Assembly (NCBI RefSeq): GCF_001194135.2
Contig: NC_068987.1
Span: forward strand, 14,016,325-14,080,324
Reading direction: 5' to 3'
DNA: 64,000 nt
Source: Octopus bimaculoides
Lineage: Eukaryota
Shown here: positions 13,284 to 26,489 of the stretch, in pieces
Numbering within the stretch: position 1 is the first letter of the stretch
How the letters are laid out: every line of letters begins with the position of its first letter
Translations under genes and position numbers: made by a program
The notes under the pieces: generated by a model
Told to the model about the DNA's origin: nothing
The model's database searches: none
What the model saw: the letters and a program-made list of their open reading frames with translations, nothing else

Positions 13284-13508
13284 GTGTTTCAAAATTTTTA
13301 GTTTTATGCAATAAGATTTTGTGTAATAAGTATTTAGAGCAAAATAATTTGGAAGGATGCTATAGTCAGAATGATGTAAAAGCAGAGCTTTGATACGGTG
13401 GCACAAAAATGTTTTACTGGAGCAGAGTCACAGCGCCACCCAATTCTGAAAGAGTTAAAACTTAATGTTAACAATGGTAAAAAGGGCTTGTAATAGGAGT
13501 GATCAAGT

Positions 13509-13896
13509 TATTGTTGTTGGCACTCCGTCACTTATGACGTCAAGGGTTCCAGTTGATCCGATCAACGGAACAGCCTGCTCGTGAAATTAATGTGAAGGTG
13601 GCTGAGCACTCCACAGACACGTGTACCCTTAACGTAGTTCTCGGGGATATTCAGCGTGACACAGTGTGACAAGGCTGACCCTTTGAATTACAGGCACAAC
13701 AGAAACAGGAAGTAAGAGTGAGAGAAAGTTGTGGTGAAAGAGTACAGCAGGGTTCGCCACCATCCCCTGCCGGAGCCTCGTGGAGCTTTAGGTGTTTTCG
13801 CTCAATAAACACTCACAAGGCCCGGTCTGGGAATTGAAACCACGATCCTATGACTGCGAGTCCGCTGCCCTAACCACTGGACCATTGCGTCTCCAC
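13509..13896 (-). mobile_element. Full-length tRNA-derived SINE, family C, with 14-bp TSD
   Basis: Minus-strand head with A box TGGTCCAGTGG and B box GGTTTCAATTCC, and an (AAC)n tail. TSD aggagtgatcaagt at 13495-13508 and 13897-13910. Confidence 0.9.
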
Positions 13897-14939
13897 AGGA
13901 GTGATCAAGTAGATGGAGAGTATTAGAACAATGTTCTGTAAATATATTTGCTAATAGTCAATAATATTTAAAATGCTGCAATGCACTCTGTGGATAGTAA
14001 ATAACATTACAAGGAACAAATTTTTGCTATTCATTGAATAGTTATTGTTAATTAGATTGTTAACCATAGACATTTTCAATTTTTTCTACAATCTATAATT
14101 TGTACAGAAACATGAACAAACCAGAAAACTTAGCTTCACACTCACAATTTGATACGTAGGTATCAATTTAAAGTGAAAGTGAAATCAATATATCTATGTC
14201 ATTGGAATGTTCAAACTAGTTCCTTTTATAAAGTAAAACTTTTGAAATAAAAAAAAAAAAAGGAAATTAAATGCGAATCACATGACATGAGAATCTGTAG
14301 GAAAAAAAAAAAACAACACTAAGTGAACCCTGAAAGTTATTTCGAAATATAAAATATTTCACATTAAACTAAGCTAAAATAAAATATTAGAAAGCTATTA
14401 AAAATCTCCACCTTTTCTACCTTTTTAGTGCTAAATGTCCTTTCTAAATATAGCAAGACGTGTTAATTTTGAGATCTGAAAGTTGTAATAAGGATCTCAT
14501 GGTTATAACATTCAAGCATTGCATTATAAATTTAACAGTAATTGCTCCCCTACAAGTTGGGACACATAGCTGCTTACTTTAATCTGCCTGAAAACAAACA
14601 CCCCTCTTAGACGACATCCCTGCTTTGTTATTTACATATTTATTTAATCATTTTGAACATCCATGTAAAGTTAGTAAGCCATGACAGATTAGGGAAGGTT
14701 TATAATAATCCTTATACCAAAGGATAAACTAAAATAAAACACAAAAACTAGAAGGAAAAAAACATGGAGAAAATAGTACAGATAACAAACAAATGTTTCT
14801 TGTTTCTTTATTGCCCACAAGGGGCTAAACATAGAGGGGACAAACAAGGACAGACAATCGATTAAGTCAATTACATCGACCTTAGCCTTCACAGAGTAAT
14901 CAAATTGCCATCATATCTTCATGGTAATTCCATTAATTG

Positions 14940-15850
14940 AAATAAATTTAGATATCTTGATTTTATTAAAATTATTGATGATTTGGTAGCTCAGTAGGTA
15001 TGGGTGTTGCAAAGTGGTAATATAACAAGTGGAGGTTTCAAATCTCTTCCAGGAATTACAAAGGTTCTTATTAAATAACATTTTTATTTGTGCAACCAAA
15101 TTCCCCTCAGCAAAAAGATTGTCTGTGTGAAGAAGGGGCCACAAAGCAGCTTTGACATAGTAACCAAATCTCCTCCAAATCTTTATAGTAAACCCAATAA
15201 TTGAAATAAATTTAAATATCTTAATTTTCTTACAAAAATTGTTATTGCGTTGATGGCCCAATAGGTAAGGGTGTTTAGAAATAATAACAAAACACTCTAG
15301 TGGAGGTTTCAAATCTCAGCCAGAAATTACAAGATGTCTTATTAAATATTTTTATCTAAGCAACCAAATATTCAAGAAGGGAGTCAAAAACAGCCTTGAC
15401 ATAGTAACCAAATCTCATTCAACGCTTTGTAGTAAGCCCAGTAATTGAAATAAATTTAAATATTTTCATTTTCGCAGTTGAATTGTTGTTGCTTTGGTAG
15501 CCTAACAGGACAGAATGTTTAGAAGTGGAGGTTTCAAATCTCTGCCAGAAATTACAAAAGACATTATTAAATACTTTTATTTAAGCAACCAAATTTCACT
15601 CACCAAAAATATTGTGTGTGTGCAAAGAAGGGGCCACAAGGTAGCCTTCACATAGTAACCAGATCTCCCTCATATATTTATAGTAAATATAATATTTGAA
15701 GTAAATTTAAGTATCTTAATTTTCTCATAAAAATAGTTGCTGCTTTGGTGGCCCAGTAGGTAAGGGTGTTTAAAAGTAGTAACAAGACACAAGCAGGGGT
15801 TTCTAATCTCTGCAAGGAATTACAGGGTGGTTTTATTAAACATTTTCATT
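14940..15850. repeat. Degenerate tandem array, ~250-bp unit, about 3.6 copies
   Basis: Units start near 14940, 15205, 15447 and 15699. Recurring motifs aaataaatttaaatatctt, gtggaggtttcaaatctc, gcaaccaaat and acatagtaaccaaatctc. Confidence 0.85.
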
Positions 15851-16983
15851 TTTTATCTCTAGAGATAAAAAAAAAAAAATGAGAAATTTTAGTAAGACCC
15901 CTTAATGCAGGCCCTGGGTAGGATTGAACCCTGCCCAGGATGTTCAATGTGGCTGTCTAATTGTGTCTCTACCCATGAGACCATCAAGACACCCAACATT
16001 AATGTAGTAAATTAAGGGATATTTAAATCTACCATAACTAAAGATAAAAAACAAAAACTATCTCATCACAGCTGTAGCTCAGTAATTAATCCTAAATTGG
16101 GGACCTGTTTAGATGCCTTTGTAGGTAAGGACATTGATTAGTAAGTAGGGATTTAATGCACTGGGAGAGGGTTTCAATCTGTAACTCTCCCNNNNNNNNN
16201 NNNNNNNNNNNNNNNNNNNNNNNNNNNNNNNNNNNNNNNNNNNNNNNNNNNNNNNNNNNNNNNNNNNNNNNNNNNNNNNNNNNNNNNNNNNNNNNNNNNN
16301 NNNNNNNNNNNNNNNNNNNNNNNNNNNNNNNNNNNNNNNNNNNNNNNNNNNNNNNNNNNNNNNNNNNNNNNNNNNATAGAGAAAAGGATAAAGAGAACAA
16401 TGGCAAAGTTAGAAATATATTTTATGGATGCCATTGTTCTCTTTATCCTTTTCTCTATTTATACATACACACCCTAATACACGACTTATAATCCCCAATC
16501 CTGTTTATACAACGAATGGGGCAAAACTAGTCGGTATACAGCACTTACTCGGTATTACCTGTACCTTTGGGTTTGGTTAAATCCAATACCCTTCTTAACC
16601 TTTTATATATATATATATATATTTATTTATTTATTTATATATACATGTGTGTCTGTGTGTGCATGTGTGTACCCTTGTTAAGACATCATGTGATGGCTGT
16701 AACTGAACATCATTATACAAATGAAGTTATTTGTTTCTAGGCTTCTGTGAAAAACATGTCCAGCCATGGGGAAATTATTACCTTGCTTAAGAAACAGGTG
16801 AAGGCTGGCAACAGGAATGGCATATTTGAGTGTGGAAAATCTGCCTCAGCAAAATTTAGCCTAGCATGGAAAAGTAGACATTAAAATGATGATTCTTCAA
16901 CTGGAATATTTTCCAGGTCTGTCTGCTCAATCTGGGCTGATGGGAAGAAGGGACTAAACAACAAAACCAAGAACACCTTATAG

Positions 16984-17280
16984 CAGGGGTTTTCAAACTT
17001 TTTAACTTGCGGACCCCTTTATATTTCAGGCTTTACCTTAGAGACCCCCTTATAAACGCTTATGAAATTTATACATAAATATTTGCTTAAAATAACATAT
17101 ATTTTTGCATTTATTTATTTAACAGTATTTAACAAATAGGTTTATTGTCAATTAAAAGATTTCGATTAAAAACCATATATAAAATCAAATTGCCCATAAA
17201 AAGTATTTGCTGTCCACGGACCCCTTGTCTTGTCCTTGCGGACCCCCTGTGGTCCGCGGACCACAGTTTGAAAACCCCTG
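16984..17280. mobile_element. hAT (Charlie-like) MITE
   Basis: Perfect 16-bp TIR caggggttttcaaact / agtttgaaaacccctg. TSD ccttatag / acttatag. Confidence 0.88.
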
Positions 17281-18574
17281 ACTTATAGGACATAGAGGAA
17301 ATACAACATGCACAGACTGCAATCCATGCAATAAACTGCTGCATGAGACAGTTTCTGTGTGGTATCCTAGAATACTAGGTCTGTGGATTGCACCACCGTG
17401 CCATAGGTTTGTCTGCTTGTTTAGATCTGACTGGAGCAACACAACAATAAATGCCCTCATTTTCAAACATAACGCTACAAACCTGACATGAAGAAATGAA
17501 GTCAATAACAGTATGCAAGAATAAGATACAAGGGAAAAGTTATTTTTAACTCTTTAGCATTTAAACTGGCCATATCTGGCCTCTCACACCTAACCTGTAA
17601 TGTCATTCTAAAAATAAACTATTACATATTTGAAATCTCAAAGCTACAAGGTAATATGTGATAATTTTTTTAAAAATGTGAATAAATAAGCATTGCATTT
17701 GACAAAAGTAATCTGAATGCTAAAGGGTTAATGCACTATATCGAGGGACTCAAAGAAGTGATTTCTGTAGAAAAATTTGTACAAGTTAACTTATTGTAAC
17801 AGAGTACCTTATTGAAACAACCAGTGCACTTTCAGCTTAACCATTGAAGCAATGAATCCTATTTTAATCCTTAAAAAATTGTTCCTTTATTTCCAGGAGA
17901 TAAGTAGATATTTTAGGCATGACTAAGGCTGCCTGCTTATGAAGTTCTCTTCACAATGCTATGATTTCTGGCTAAGTGTTACAAAACAACACTTTGAGTG
18001 AACACCTTCTATGACAGTGCTGGTTCAACCAATGCTATGTGAGGAAATTTCATACACAGAAACTGCAACAAGTTTGTTTTTTATATAAATATATACTGGG
18101 TTGCCAGATAAAATAAACTATTTCTTTAATTTATTTTAATTCTTTCCAATGTTATTTGAATTAACATGAAAAATATTTTTAGTGAAGTGTTTCATGTTTT
18201 TTTGTTTTTTTTTGGAGCTCTATTCTTCCTCTACAACTTTTGTTTATCATTTCTTGATATTTGAATAAATTTCACCTCTTTTTAGACATACAACAATGTA
18301 GCACCAGATAGAAAAAAAAACAAAAAAAACAAATTTATCTGACAACCCAATGAATGAATGAACGAATGAGCTAATGTATGTATGAATGAATGAATGTATG
18401 CATGCATATCATACAGATTTTTGGTAGTATATCACCTAAAAAAATATTCAAAGGTCAGAGATATTCAGTGCTTTTTCATACTCAGCATCAAGAAAGGATT
18501 TCCCAAGATGCTATCTCACAGCTAATGGGCATATAAACATAACACACACACACTATGCATGTGACATCAATAAT

Positions 18575-19142
18575 GGGATCTTTTTTAAAACGGGGGCCAC
18601 ATTTTTCATTAACGAAACACTTTGAAACTTGGAACACTGGTAGAATGGGTCATATAAAACATCTTTTTCTCTTAGTCTTCTTTAAAAAAAAAGAAATCCA
18701 TAAATTATTCCATGTTAAAGTTGTCGTATTTCTGTAATTTCAACCAATCACTGACGTCCATTCAGCCGATATACATTAAGTGCCGACTACATAAACAAAC
18801 GATTCTGAAACAATTAATCCTAACCCTAACCCTAACTCTAACCCTAACCCTAGGGTTAGGGTTAGGGTTAAAGCAAATTTAAAATGAAAAAAGCAAATAA
18901 AACGAAGAATCGTTTGTTTATGTAGTCGGCACTTAATGTATATCGACTGAATGGATGTCAGTGATTGGTTGAAATTATCGAAATAAGACAATTTTTTACA
19001 TGAAATAAATTCGAATACAAAAATATTTTTCTGTTCTATAACACAAAATAGATAAGTATACGAAGTTTGAAAGTCTTTCCGTACCAAAAACACTACGTAA
19101 AACATTAATGAAAAATGTGGCCCCCGTTTTAAAAAAGATCCC
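18575..19142. mobile_element. Non-autonomous DNA transposon with 38-bp TIRs, an internal inverted repeat and a telomere-like core
   Basis: TIR gggatcttttttaaaacgggggccacatttttcattaa and its exact complement at 19105-19142. Flanked by aataat on both sides. A related fragment lies at 50873-50985. Confidence 0.88.
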
Positions 19143-19340
19143 AATAATGTTTACATTATCAGAGCTGCTTTTAATTCAAAATGTAATTCAAAGGAGTATT
19201 ATCTGAAGAAGTGGTATTATATGAAAGCAAAAACTTACATAATGTTACATGACAAGTTATATAATGTACCCATGTTCTAAATAAAATTCACTGCAGAAAT
19301 ATCTAGTAATACCCAAAATACCTGTTTGTTTCATGCTTAC

Positions 19341-19377
<37 letters not shown>

Positions 19378-19969
19378 ATTTAGGTGTACTGTAACCAAAT
19401 GTTTAAAAAAGCTTGCTGTGTAACCGCAACATTCCACATTTGATTGCACTGCCTAGTATTGTGGGTAAATATAACTGTCTAGTCTCAGATGGATTCACCC
19501 TGTAATTCAAAAGATACAACCTTGTCACACACATATTGTGTCATAATGATGCAACCTGAGATTTATATTAAGGAGACATATCTGTGGAAGACTTAGCCAC
19601 TTACTCATATATTCAGGAGTAGGTTATACAGATGATTGAACAAAATCCTTCTTATTGAACAATGGAAATTCACCACAAAATTCAACTGGTTTAATTCAGA
19701 ATCAACGATGGTATACAAACTTTGTAGCCTTTAAAGAAGCTGAATCATCCATGGCAAATTCTATAAAGAAATTGTCAATGGTTCCCTAAAAAGGTCATAG
19801 GGATTTTGAGATACTTTTTTCATTAATGTTCATATATCTCTAAACATTTAGAATATCAAAAAGCATAAGATTCCATAGATGTTTCCATCTGTGAAATCCC
19901 TGTTTTTTTATTACCCTAAATATGCTGTTCTGAACATTCATTTCAGCCAGTTTATATATATATATATAT

Positions 19970-20560
19970 ATAGGGGTGGCTATATAGTAAAAACCTCGCT
20001 TCTCAATCACATGGTTCCGGGTTCAGTCACATTGCGTGGCACCTTGGGCAAGTGTCTTTTACTATAGCCTCAGGCTGAACAAAGCCTTCTGAGTGGATTT
20101 GGTAGATGGAAACTGAAAGAAGCCCAACGTATGTATTGATTGACTGCTAGCTCCAAAAGTTTTTTTTTATTCCCTCTGTTTATTTCCTCATGTTTCTTTC
20201 TGTTGAAGAGCACAGGCTCGAAATGCAAAAGATTTTCTCACCTTCCTAAGCGTTAAACTAATACACCTCTTTGTTGTTTATACATCTGTCTTCATCTTTT
20301 GTGTTTTTGTAAAATAGTTTGAATCAAACTGTTTTGATCCATATATATGTGTGTGTGTGTGTCTTTGTTTGACCTCCACCACTGCTTAACAACTGGTGTT
20401 GGTGTGTTTATGTCCCCATAACTTAACAGTTCAACAAAATAGTCCAATAAAATAAAATTAGTACTAGGCTCACAAAAACAAGCCCTAGAGTCGATTTGTT
20501 CAGCCAAAATCCTTCAAGGCGGTGCCCCAGCATGGCTACAGTCAAATGGCTGAAACAAGT
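19970..20560 (+). mobile_element. SINE family A copy interrupted at about 20135-20335 by another repeat
   Basis: Head aatcacatggttccgggttcagtcac...aaagaagccc. Tail resumes at (GT)n and runs to gctgaaacaagtaaa. Confidence 0.75.
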
Positions 20561-21094
20561 AAACGATAAAAGATATGCAAACTCATTCCATTTGTGATTA
20601 TTGCACTGAAATAACATATTGGAGTTTACCAACATGTTAATTAATTGAGCACTAATTCAATATATCAAATTATGGCTCTGACTAATAATATAGTTGAAAA
20701 CATCAATATAAATTATAATGGTATGCTTGAAATTCTAAAAAGAAAAGAGAGAAAGAGAGAGAAAGAGAGAAAACAGTTGGATATTCAAAGAGGGAAAAAT
20801 AACTGAAATTATGAATAAATTTAAACAAAAATCTAGACGAGTTAAAAATAAAATAATTAAACAGAAACTCTTAGAACATGAACTTAAAATCAAATAATAA
20901 TTGTATACAAGCACCTCATCGCTATCTGGTTCAGACAATGAGTCAGCTCGACTTCCAACATCATCAGGAAGGCACAACTAGAAGCAACCAAATTCTGGAT
21001 TAGACAGTGAAAACAGAAAGTGCACAGAGAAGCTGCAGAAATATAAAGTATTTTGCTTTTGCTATGCCAGGGGTTTTACTATATGACCCTCATG

Positions 21095-21129
<35 letters not shown>

Positions 21130-21407
21130 TATATACATACTAATATTGGTAGTCTACTAGAATAACTTCTTGGGTTGCACTCTTACTGGGACAGCAAGAG
21201 ATACCTGGGTGCAGCTGTTTGGATAATGATGGTTTGGCATGACTGAATATTCAAATTGTTTTGGAGGTACATACATACACACACACACACAAGTGATGAG
21301 AGAGAGGGTGAGAGAGAGAGAAAGACATTACAATTTAATTGAACACAAACACTTTCACTCTCCTCAAAGAAAAAGAGAAATATGTTCACACACACACAAG
21401 TGGAGAG

Positions 21408-21444
<37 letters not shown>

Positions 21445-21771
21445 AACATTAAATTGTCTGATGTCAAATAAGTCAGCATTGAATCAGCAACACCAAATAG
21501 ATTGCACCAAAACAACTATGCCAAAATGTTTTGTACCTCTATCAGGTTTAACAGAGTGGCTCTACCCACTGCAACACACACATAGTGTTACATATATTTT
21601 TATTCTTATTATTTTGTAATAATAATATAATATTATACAGTATCAAAGTCTTTTGTAGTATACCAATGGCCTGAACTCTGACATTTTGAAATTGTAATAA
21701 ATTAACTCTTCATTAAATAATATCACTCTTTAACCTATTTTTAAAAAATGTAATACTGCCATTCTCTAGAG

Positions 21772-22072
21772 CAATGGTTCTCAACCAGGGTTCATATAAG
21801 ACTTTTTGGGGATCCACACTAAGAAAATAGTAAATTGAGGACCATGAAAGTTTTGATTTAAATGTATCTAATGTAAAAAAAAACACCAAGGTTTCTTTCT
21901 CTAACATTTTGTGTAGTTCAGCCTATGCAAGTTAATGTGTGAATAACAAAATAGGAATTTTGAAAGAAGTATCTATAAAACTAGTTTTTAAGCATTGAAT
22001 GGCTATGGGGGTCTACCAGAATAAAGTAGTAATCAAATGGATTCATAGATAAAGAATGGTTGAGAGACACTG
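21772..22072. mobile_element. hAT MITE
   Basis: TIRs caatggttctcaacca / tggttgagagacactg. Perfect 8-bp TSD ctctagag. Interior related to 26081-26303 in opposite orientation. Confidence 0.85.
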
Positions 22073-23804
22073 CTCTAGAGTATCATCGACAAAGACCAAG
22101 AATCCTCCAATATTGTCTAGGTATGGGCCTCTAAGTTTGACACATCCCAACAGTAAATTTCATATAAATTTCTTAAAGAAACAATGCTTTAAAATATGTC
22201 ACTGCAGTAAACATCAAAAATATCTTCACCACAGATCAGAAGTATTAATCACAAATAAACAGAAGCATTGTTTGGTACAGAGAACAATGTTTCTGTCATG
22301 CTTCTTCCTTAATTCAATAGCATTTCTGCTTGTTTGCATTACAAGCAAGAACATTACTACAGCCGCAGCAAATAACTGAAATGCAGTATATCGATCTTGA
22401 AAGGCTGAATATAAACACAATATATTCAGCCTTCTTCATGATTGATTGATCTTTTTTATATCACTGAAAATATGACAGTTATTAAAATGATATATTTGAC
22501 TATTTTTCTAATATGTTTCAAAAGAACTTGCTGTGAGAAAGCTTCAGTAGCTTATGGAAGTTAACTGGATTGATGTTTTAGATAGACATGTAACTATTCA
22601 TATTTATTTTTATCAGGAAGATAAGCTTTAGTTTACAGAGTTAGAGATATTTAAGTTAAAATTGCTGAAATTAATAACTAAGTTAAAATGATAACAAATC
22701 TGATCACACATGTCATTACTGGAAGGAACAAATTGTTGATAGAAAACAGAATTTACAATGAAATATATATATATAGAAAACAGAATTTACAATGAAATAT
22801 ATATGCATGCATACTAATGTCCATGCCTACATTTGCACATACTGATGGTAGATATACACAAGAATATCTTAATTATTAAGTTTAGTAGATGCCTTTCATG
22901 TCTAGAATATAAATTGAAAAATCACAGCCAGTGTATTTTTAATGATGCCATTATTGTACGGAAGTTCCTTATATTTTGGAATTCTGAGTCAACAATATTA
23001 AACAAATGCATGAATTTATGAATGATATGCAATAGGTTTCAGTAATATCACCTATTAAAATAGAATATAAAAAAAATTTTTTTTATCCAAATGAAAATAT
23101 ATATATCTGCAAAATATTAACTTCTTAATATAATTAAATAATACACACTTTATAATAAAAGGCCAATTATAATTAAAAATATAAAGTTTTGTAGTAATCT
23201 ACACAGACTAGGGCTAGGGAATTTAATAAGTTCTATTTGTATAAAACCAAATAGAGTAACAAAATGTTGATGATTGGCAGGATAGATTTTTAGATACATT
23301 TTGGAACAAGAGAATAAAGAAAATATCCTAATTCTGTAAAAAAACTCCTGGATTATGGCTCCTACATCATCTCGCAATATCAAGTTCACTGCAGAACTGA
23401 AAACAATCTAATAGTCATACTCAAAAATTACTGTTTACATGCACTAGTTGAACTACAACAAGAAGTTACAACTTTTAAGCCTCTACTCCCTGAACTGAAG
23501 AATGGACAGATAAACAGCAATTTACATTTGGAAGAACCTGGAAATACTAGCAGCAAATTTTGGTTTTGAAAGCTTTGGATCCATAAACAGGTTGTCACTG
23601 AATAGTGAGAAAAAAATCCTAGATTCACATATGTTTTAGCATAAACCACAAATGAAAGCAGCAACATCAAATTCCTTCATTCAAGATTGTAATATTCCTC
23701 ATGGTGGTATGCTAGAATGGTTACAGCTAGACAGTTGAAACCAGTAAAAAAGAGTGAAAGAAAATAATTGGAAGTCTATAGCTCCTGAATATATTCAATA
23801 TTAC

Positions 23805-23893
23805 CTGTGAATAGTTCATTCTTTTGATTCGGTCTGACTTTTCTACTGGTTTGGCAAAAACAACTTCTATTTTCGAATTTTCTAAGAGGGTAC
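23805..23893 (-). CDS. A1CF: Coding exon 3, end of RRM3 (GTLLENSKIEVVFAKPVEKSDRIKRMNYSQ)
   Basis: Acceptor ctgttttctcatttcag| in phase 1 completes the Gly codon. IEVVFAKPV matches the family IEVTLAKPV motif. Donor CAG|gtaata is phase 0. Length 89 nt. Confidence 0.88.
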
Positions 23894-24033
23894 CTGAAAT
23901 GAGAAAACAGATGAGCAAACACACACCACAAAAATTAGGCAATTGGCAATATTTTTATATTCTAACATAACAGGACACATCTGTGATGTTCTTAGAGTTA
24001 CAAATGTAACATAGTTTGAACCAATGTAATATA

Positions 24034-24266
24034 TATTTCTTTATTGCCCACAAGGGGCTAAACATAGAGGGGACAAACAAGGACAGACAAAGGGATTAAG
24101 TCGATTACATCGACCCCAGAGCGTAACTGGTACTTTATTTATCGACCCCGAAAGGATGAAAGGCAAAGTCGACCTCGGTGGAATTTGAACTCAGAACGTA
24201 AAGACAGACGAAATACTGCTAAGCATTGCACCCGGCGTGCTAACGTTTCTGCCATCTTGCAGCCTA
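24034..24266 (-). mobile_element. Young SINE family B with 15-bp TSD
   Basis: TSD aaccaatgtaatata at 24019-24033 and 24267-24281. CpG-rich. B-box-like gagttcaaattcc on the minus strand. Confidence 0.88.
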
Positions 24267-25604
24267 AACCAATGTAATATAGTTTTACAAGTTAATTACT
24301 TAGCTGCATGATTCATTAGTAATTTGCTGTCAGTTATTAACAATAAAAATGTATGCAAATGTTATCTGGAATTTAAACAATGTCCAAAAAGACTGACTTC
24401 TGGTTGTAGGTGTTTTAAGTAAAAAAGATGCTGGATATTTTTATTGTTTCTGTCAATATTGCAAAATTTGAAAAGATTTCTCTGTCATCAAAAAGGTTGC
24501 AAAATCAATCTCTTACCCACACACCCATGCCTTTGCCTATACGTAACCCGCATATCAACTAATTCCATCTCCTTACATTTGGATCAAATCTACATTTACT
24601 ACTATGACTTCTTTCTTCAGGTTCACAAGAGAACAACAGCTCACCCCTGCTACTGCCACTACTACTGTTATCATGGTGTTCACAAGAGGAGGAAAAGAAA
24701 AACAAAAAACAAAGCTGGTTCTTTACCAATTTTCAGAGAACAAATTCTCTCAATGTAAATTATGGTATTTTATAGCTTTATTTCATCCTACCCATTTAAT
24801 CAAACCATATAAAGCTATTTCCTTAATGAAACTAAATTGATTTACATTATGTAATATCACTATAGTAACTGGTAAATTAAGTCTGACATAAATAAATAAT
24901 TGGTACAAAGCAGTTTTGTTTATATGTTGATTCAAATGTACAACAATAATATTTATAGAACTACACAATAGAATTATTTCAGGGTCAGAGGCAGTTATGT
25001 CACAAATATAATATTAGCCTAATAATGAAATAAATGAGGTTATGCTCTAAATAAAGGCTGTGTAGTAACAATGATTAAAAAAAAAATTATAAATCAGTAT
25101 TACACATAAAATGTTTTCCAACTAATTTAGTAGAACTTATCTTTTATTGTATTTTTTTACTTGTTTCAGCCATTAGAGTGTGACCATACTGGGGTACCAC
25201 CTCGAAGGGTTTAGCCAAACAAATCAACCGCAATACTTATTTTTTTAAAGTTTGGTACATGTTCTATCGACCTCTTTTGCTGAACTGCCAAGTTATGAGA
25301 ATGTAAACAAACCAACACAGGTTGTCAAGTGGTGGGGTAGGATGGGTGGAGGTGGGATGGAAGGCAGACACGAACTCAAACACACACACAAATGTGATGG
25401 GCTTCTAGACAGTTTCTATTTACCAAATTCACACCCAAACCACCAAAGCACTGACTGACCTAGAGGCTATAATAGAAGATACTTATCCAAGGTGCTGCAC
25501 AGCAAAACTGAAGCCACAACCATCTGGCAGCAAAGCAAGTTTCTTAACCACACAGCCATGTCTTGGACACAACATCATTCTCATAAACACAATTCCAGTA
25601 ACTA

Positions 25605-25766
25605 CCGTATTTTAATGAGTATAAGGAACCCCCTAATTTTTTAGGCTTAAAATTTGGGAAAAAGGCTTTGTAGTGAATTATAATACTATCCATATAAAAG
25701 AAACTCCCATATTTTTTAAACTTAATTTTTGACAAAAATGGGTTCCTTATACACGTTAAAATGCGA
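25605..25766. mobile_element. Tc2/pogo-like MITE
   Basis: TA-flanked imperfect TIRs ccgtattt..gtataaggaaccc / gggttccttatacac..aaaatgcga. Confidence 0.7.
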
Positions 25767-26080
25767 TAATTACAACTTGTGAGGCAAATAGGAAAAAAAT
25801 TTTTTAAATGATAAAATATCATCTTAATTTAAAATATTGCTTGATGAATAGGAAATATGGAGATATACCGTATTTGATGGTATAAAAGATTATTAGACAC
25901 ATATTAGACATATCCCAAGTTCAGCAGTAAATATTCTCAGAAAATGGTTTTTAGTGCATTAAAATATGTAATATTTAAAACAATTTAGCAGTACATTACA
26001 AAACATTACAAACACATCTAAGCGATAGCAGAACACTTTAGCTATGTGGTGTCTCTCTTGGTAGAAAAGACTATTTACAT

Positions 26081-26303
26081 CAGTGGTTCTCAACCATTTT
26101 TTGCCTATGGACCCCTTTGATTCCTATTTTACTCTACTGGACTTCCATAGCCATTCAATTCATTTAAAAATAATCCTACTGTATTTTTATAATTAAATAT
26201 TATTAGGAATTGTATAAAAAAAATTAAAATATTTTGTGTGTTGTAGAAAAATATTACACAAATCTTAACAAAATCTTATATGGGCCCCGGTCAAGAACCA
26301 CTG
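26081..26303. mobile_element. hAT MITE nested inside the Tc2-like MITE 25868-26453
   Basis: TIRs cagtggttctcaacc / ggtcaagaaccactg. TSD atttacat / gtttagat (6/8). Confidence 0.75.
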
Positions 26304-26489
26304 GTTTAGATAAAAATTGGTTTGTATTAGAGAGCATCAGAAACAAAATTAGCTTATGGGAGGCTTAATTTGCATAGGACCCAGGGTGATATTTTTTAAA
26401 GAAATTTTTTCAAAAAAACAAAAAAAAACAAACTTATATGTCATCAAATATAGTAAATTAAATCATCATTAGCATCTTTATTACTATTG

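Noticed and set aside
13820-13896. tRNA genes here and at 29511, 26490 and 36251
   Set aside because: A/B boxes run into SINE bodies and tails, and no complete cloverleaf is evident.
18815-18872. Ancient telomere-telomere fusion
   Set aside because: The order is (CCCTAA)n then (TTAGGG)n, the opposite of an end-to-end fusion, and it lies inside a TIR element.
22740-22805. Small tandem duplications (also 30490-30525)
   Set aside because: Ordinary slippage duplications.
23315-23570. ~85-codon stop-free + frame without ATG
   Set aside because: No recognisable motif and no clear splice sites.
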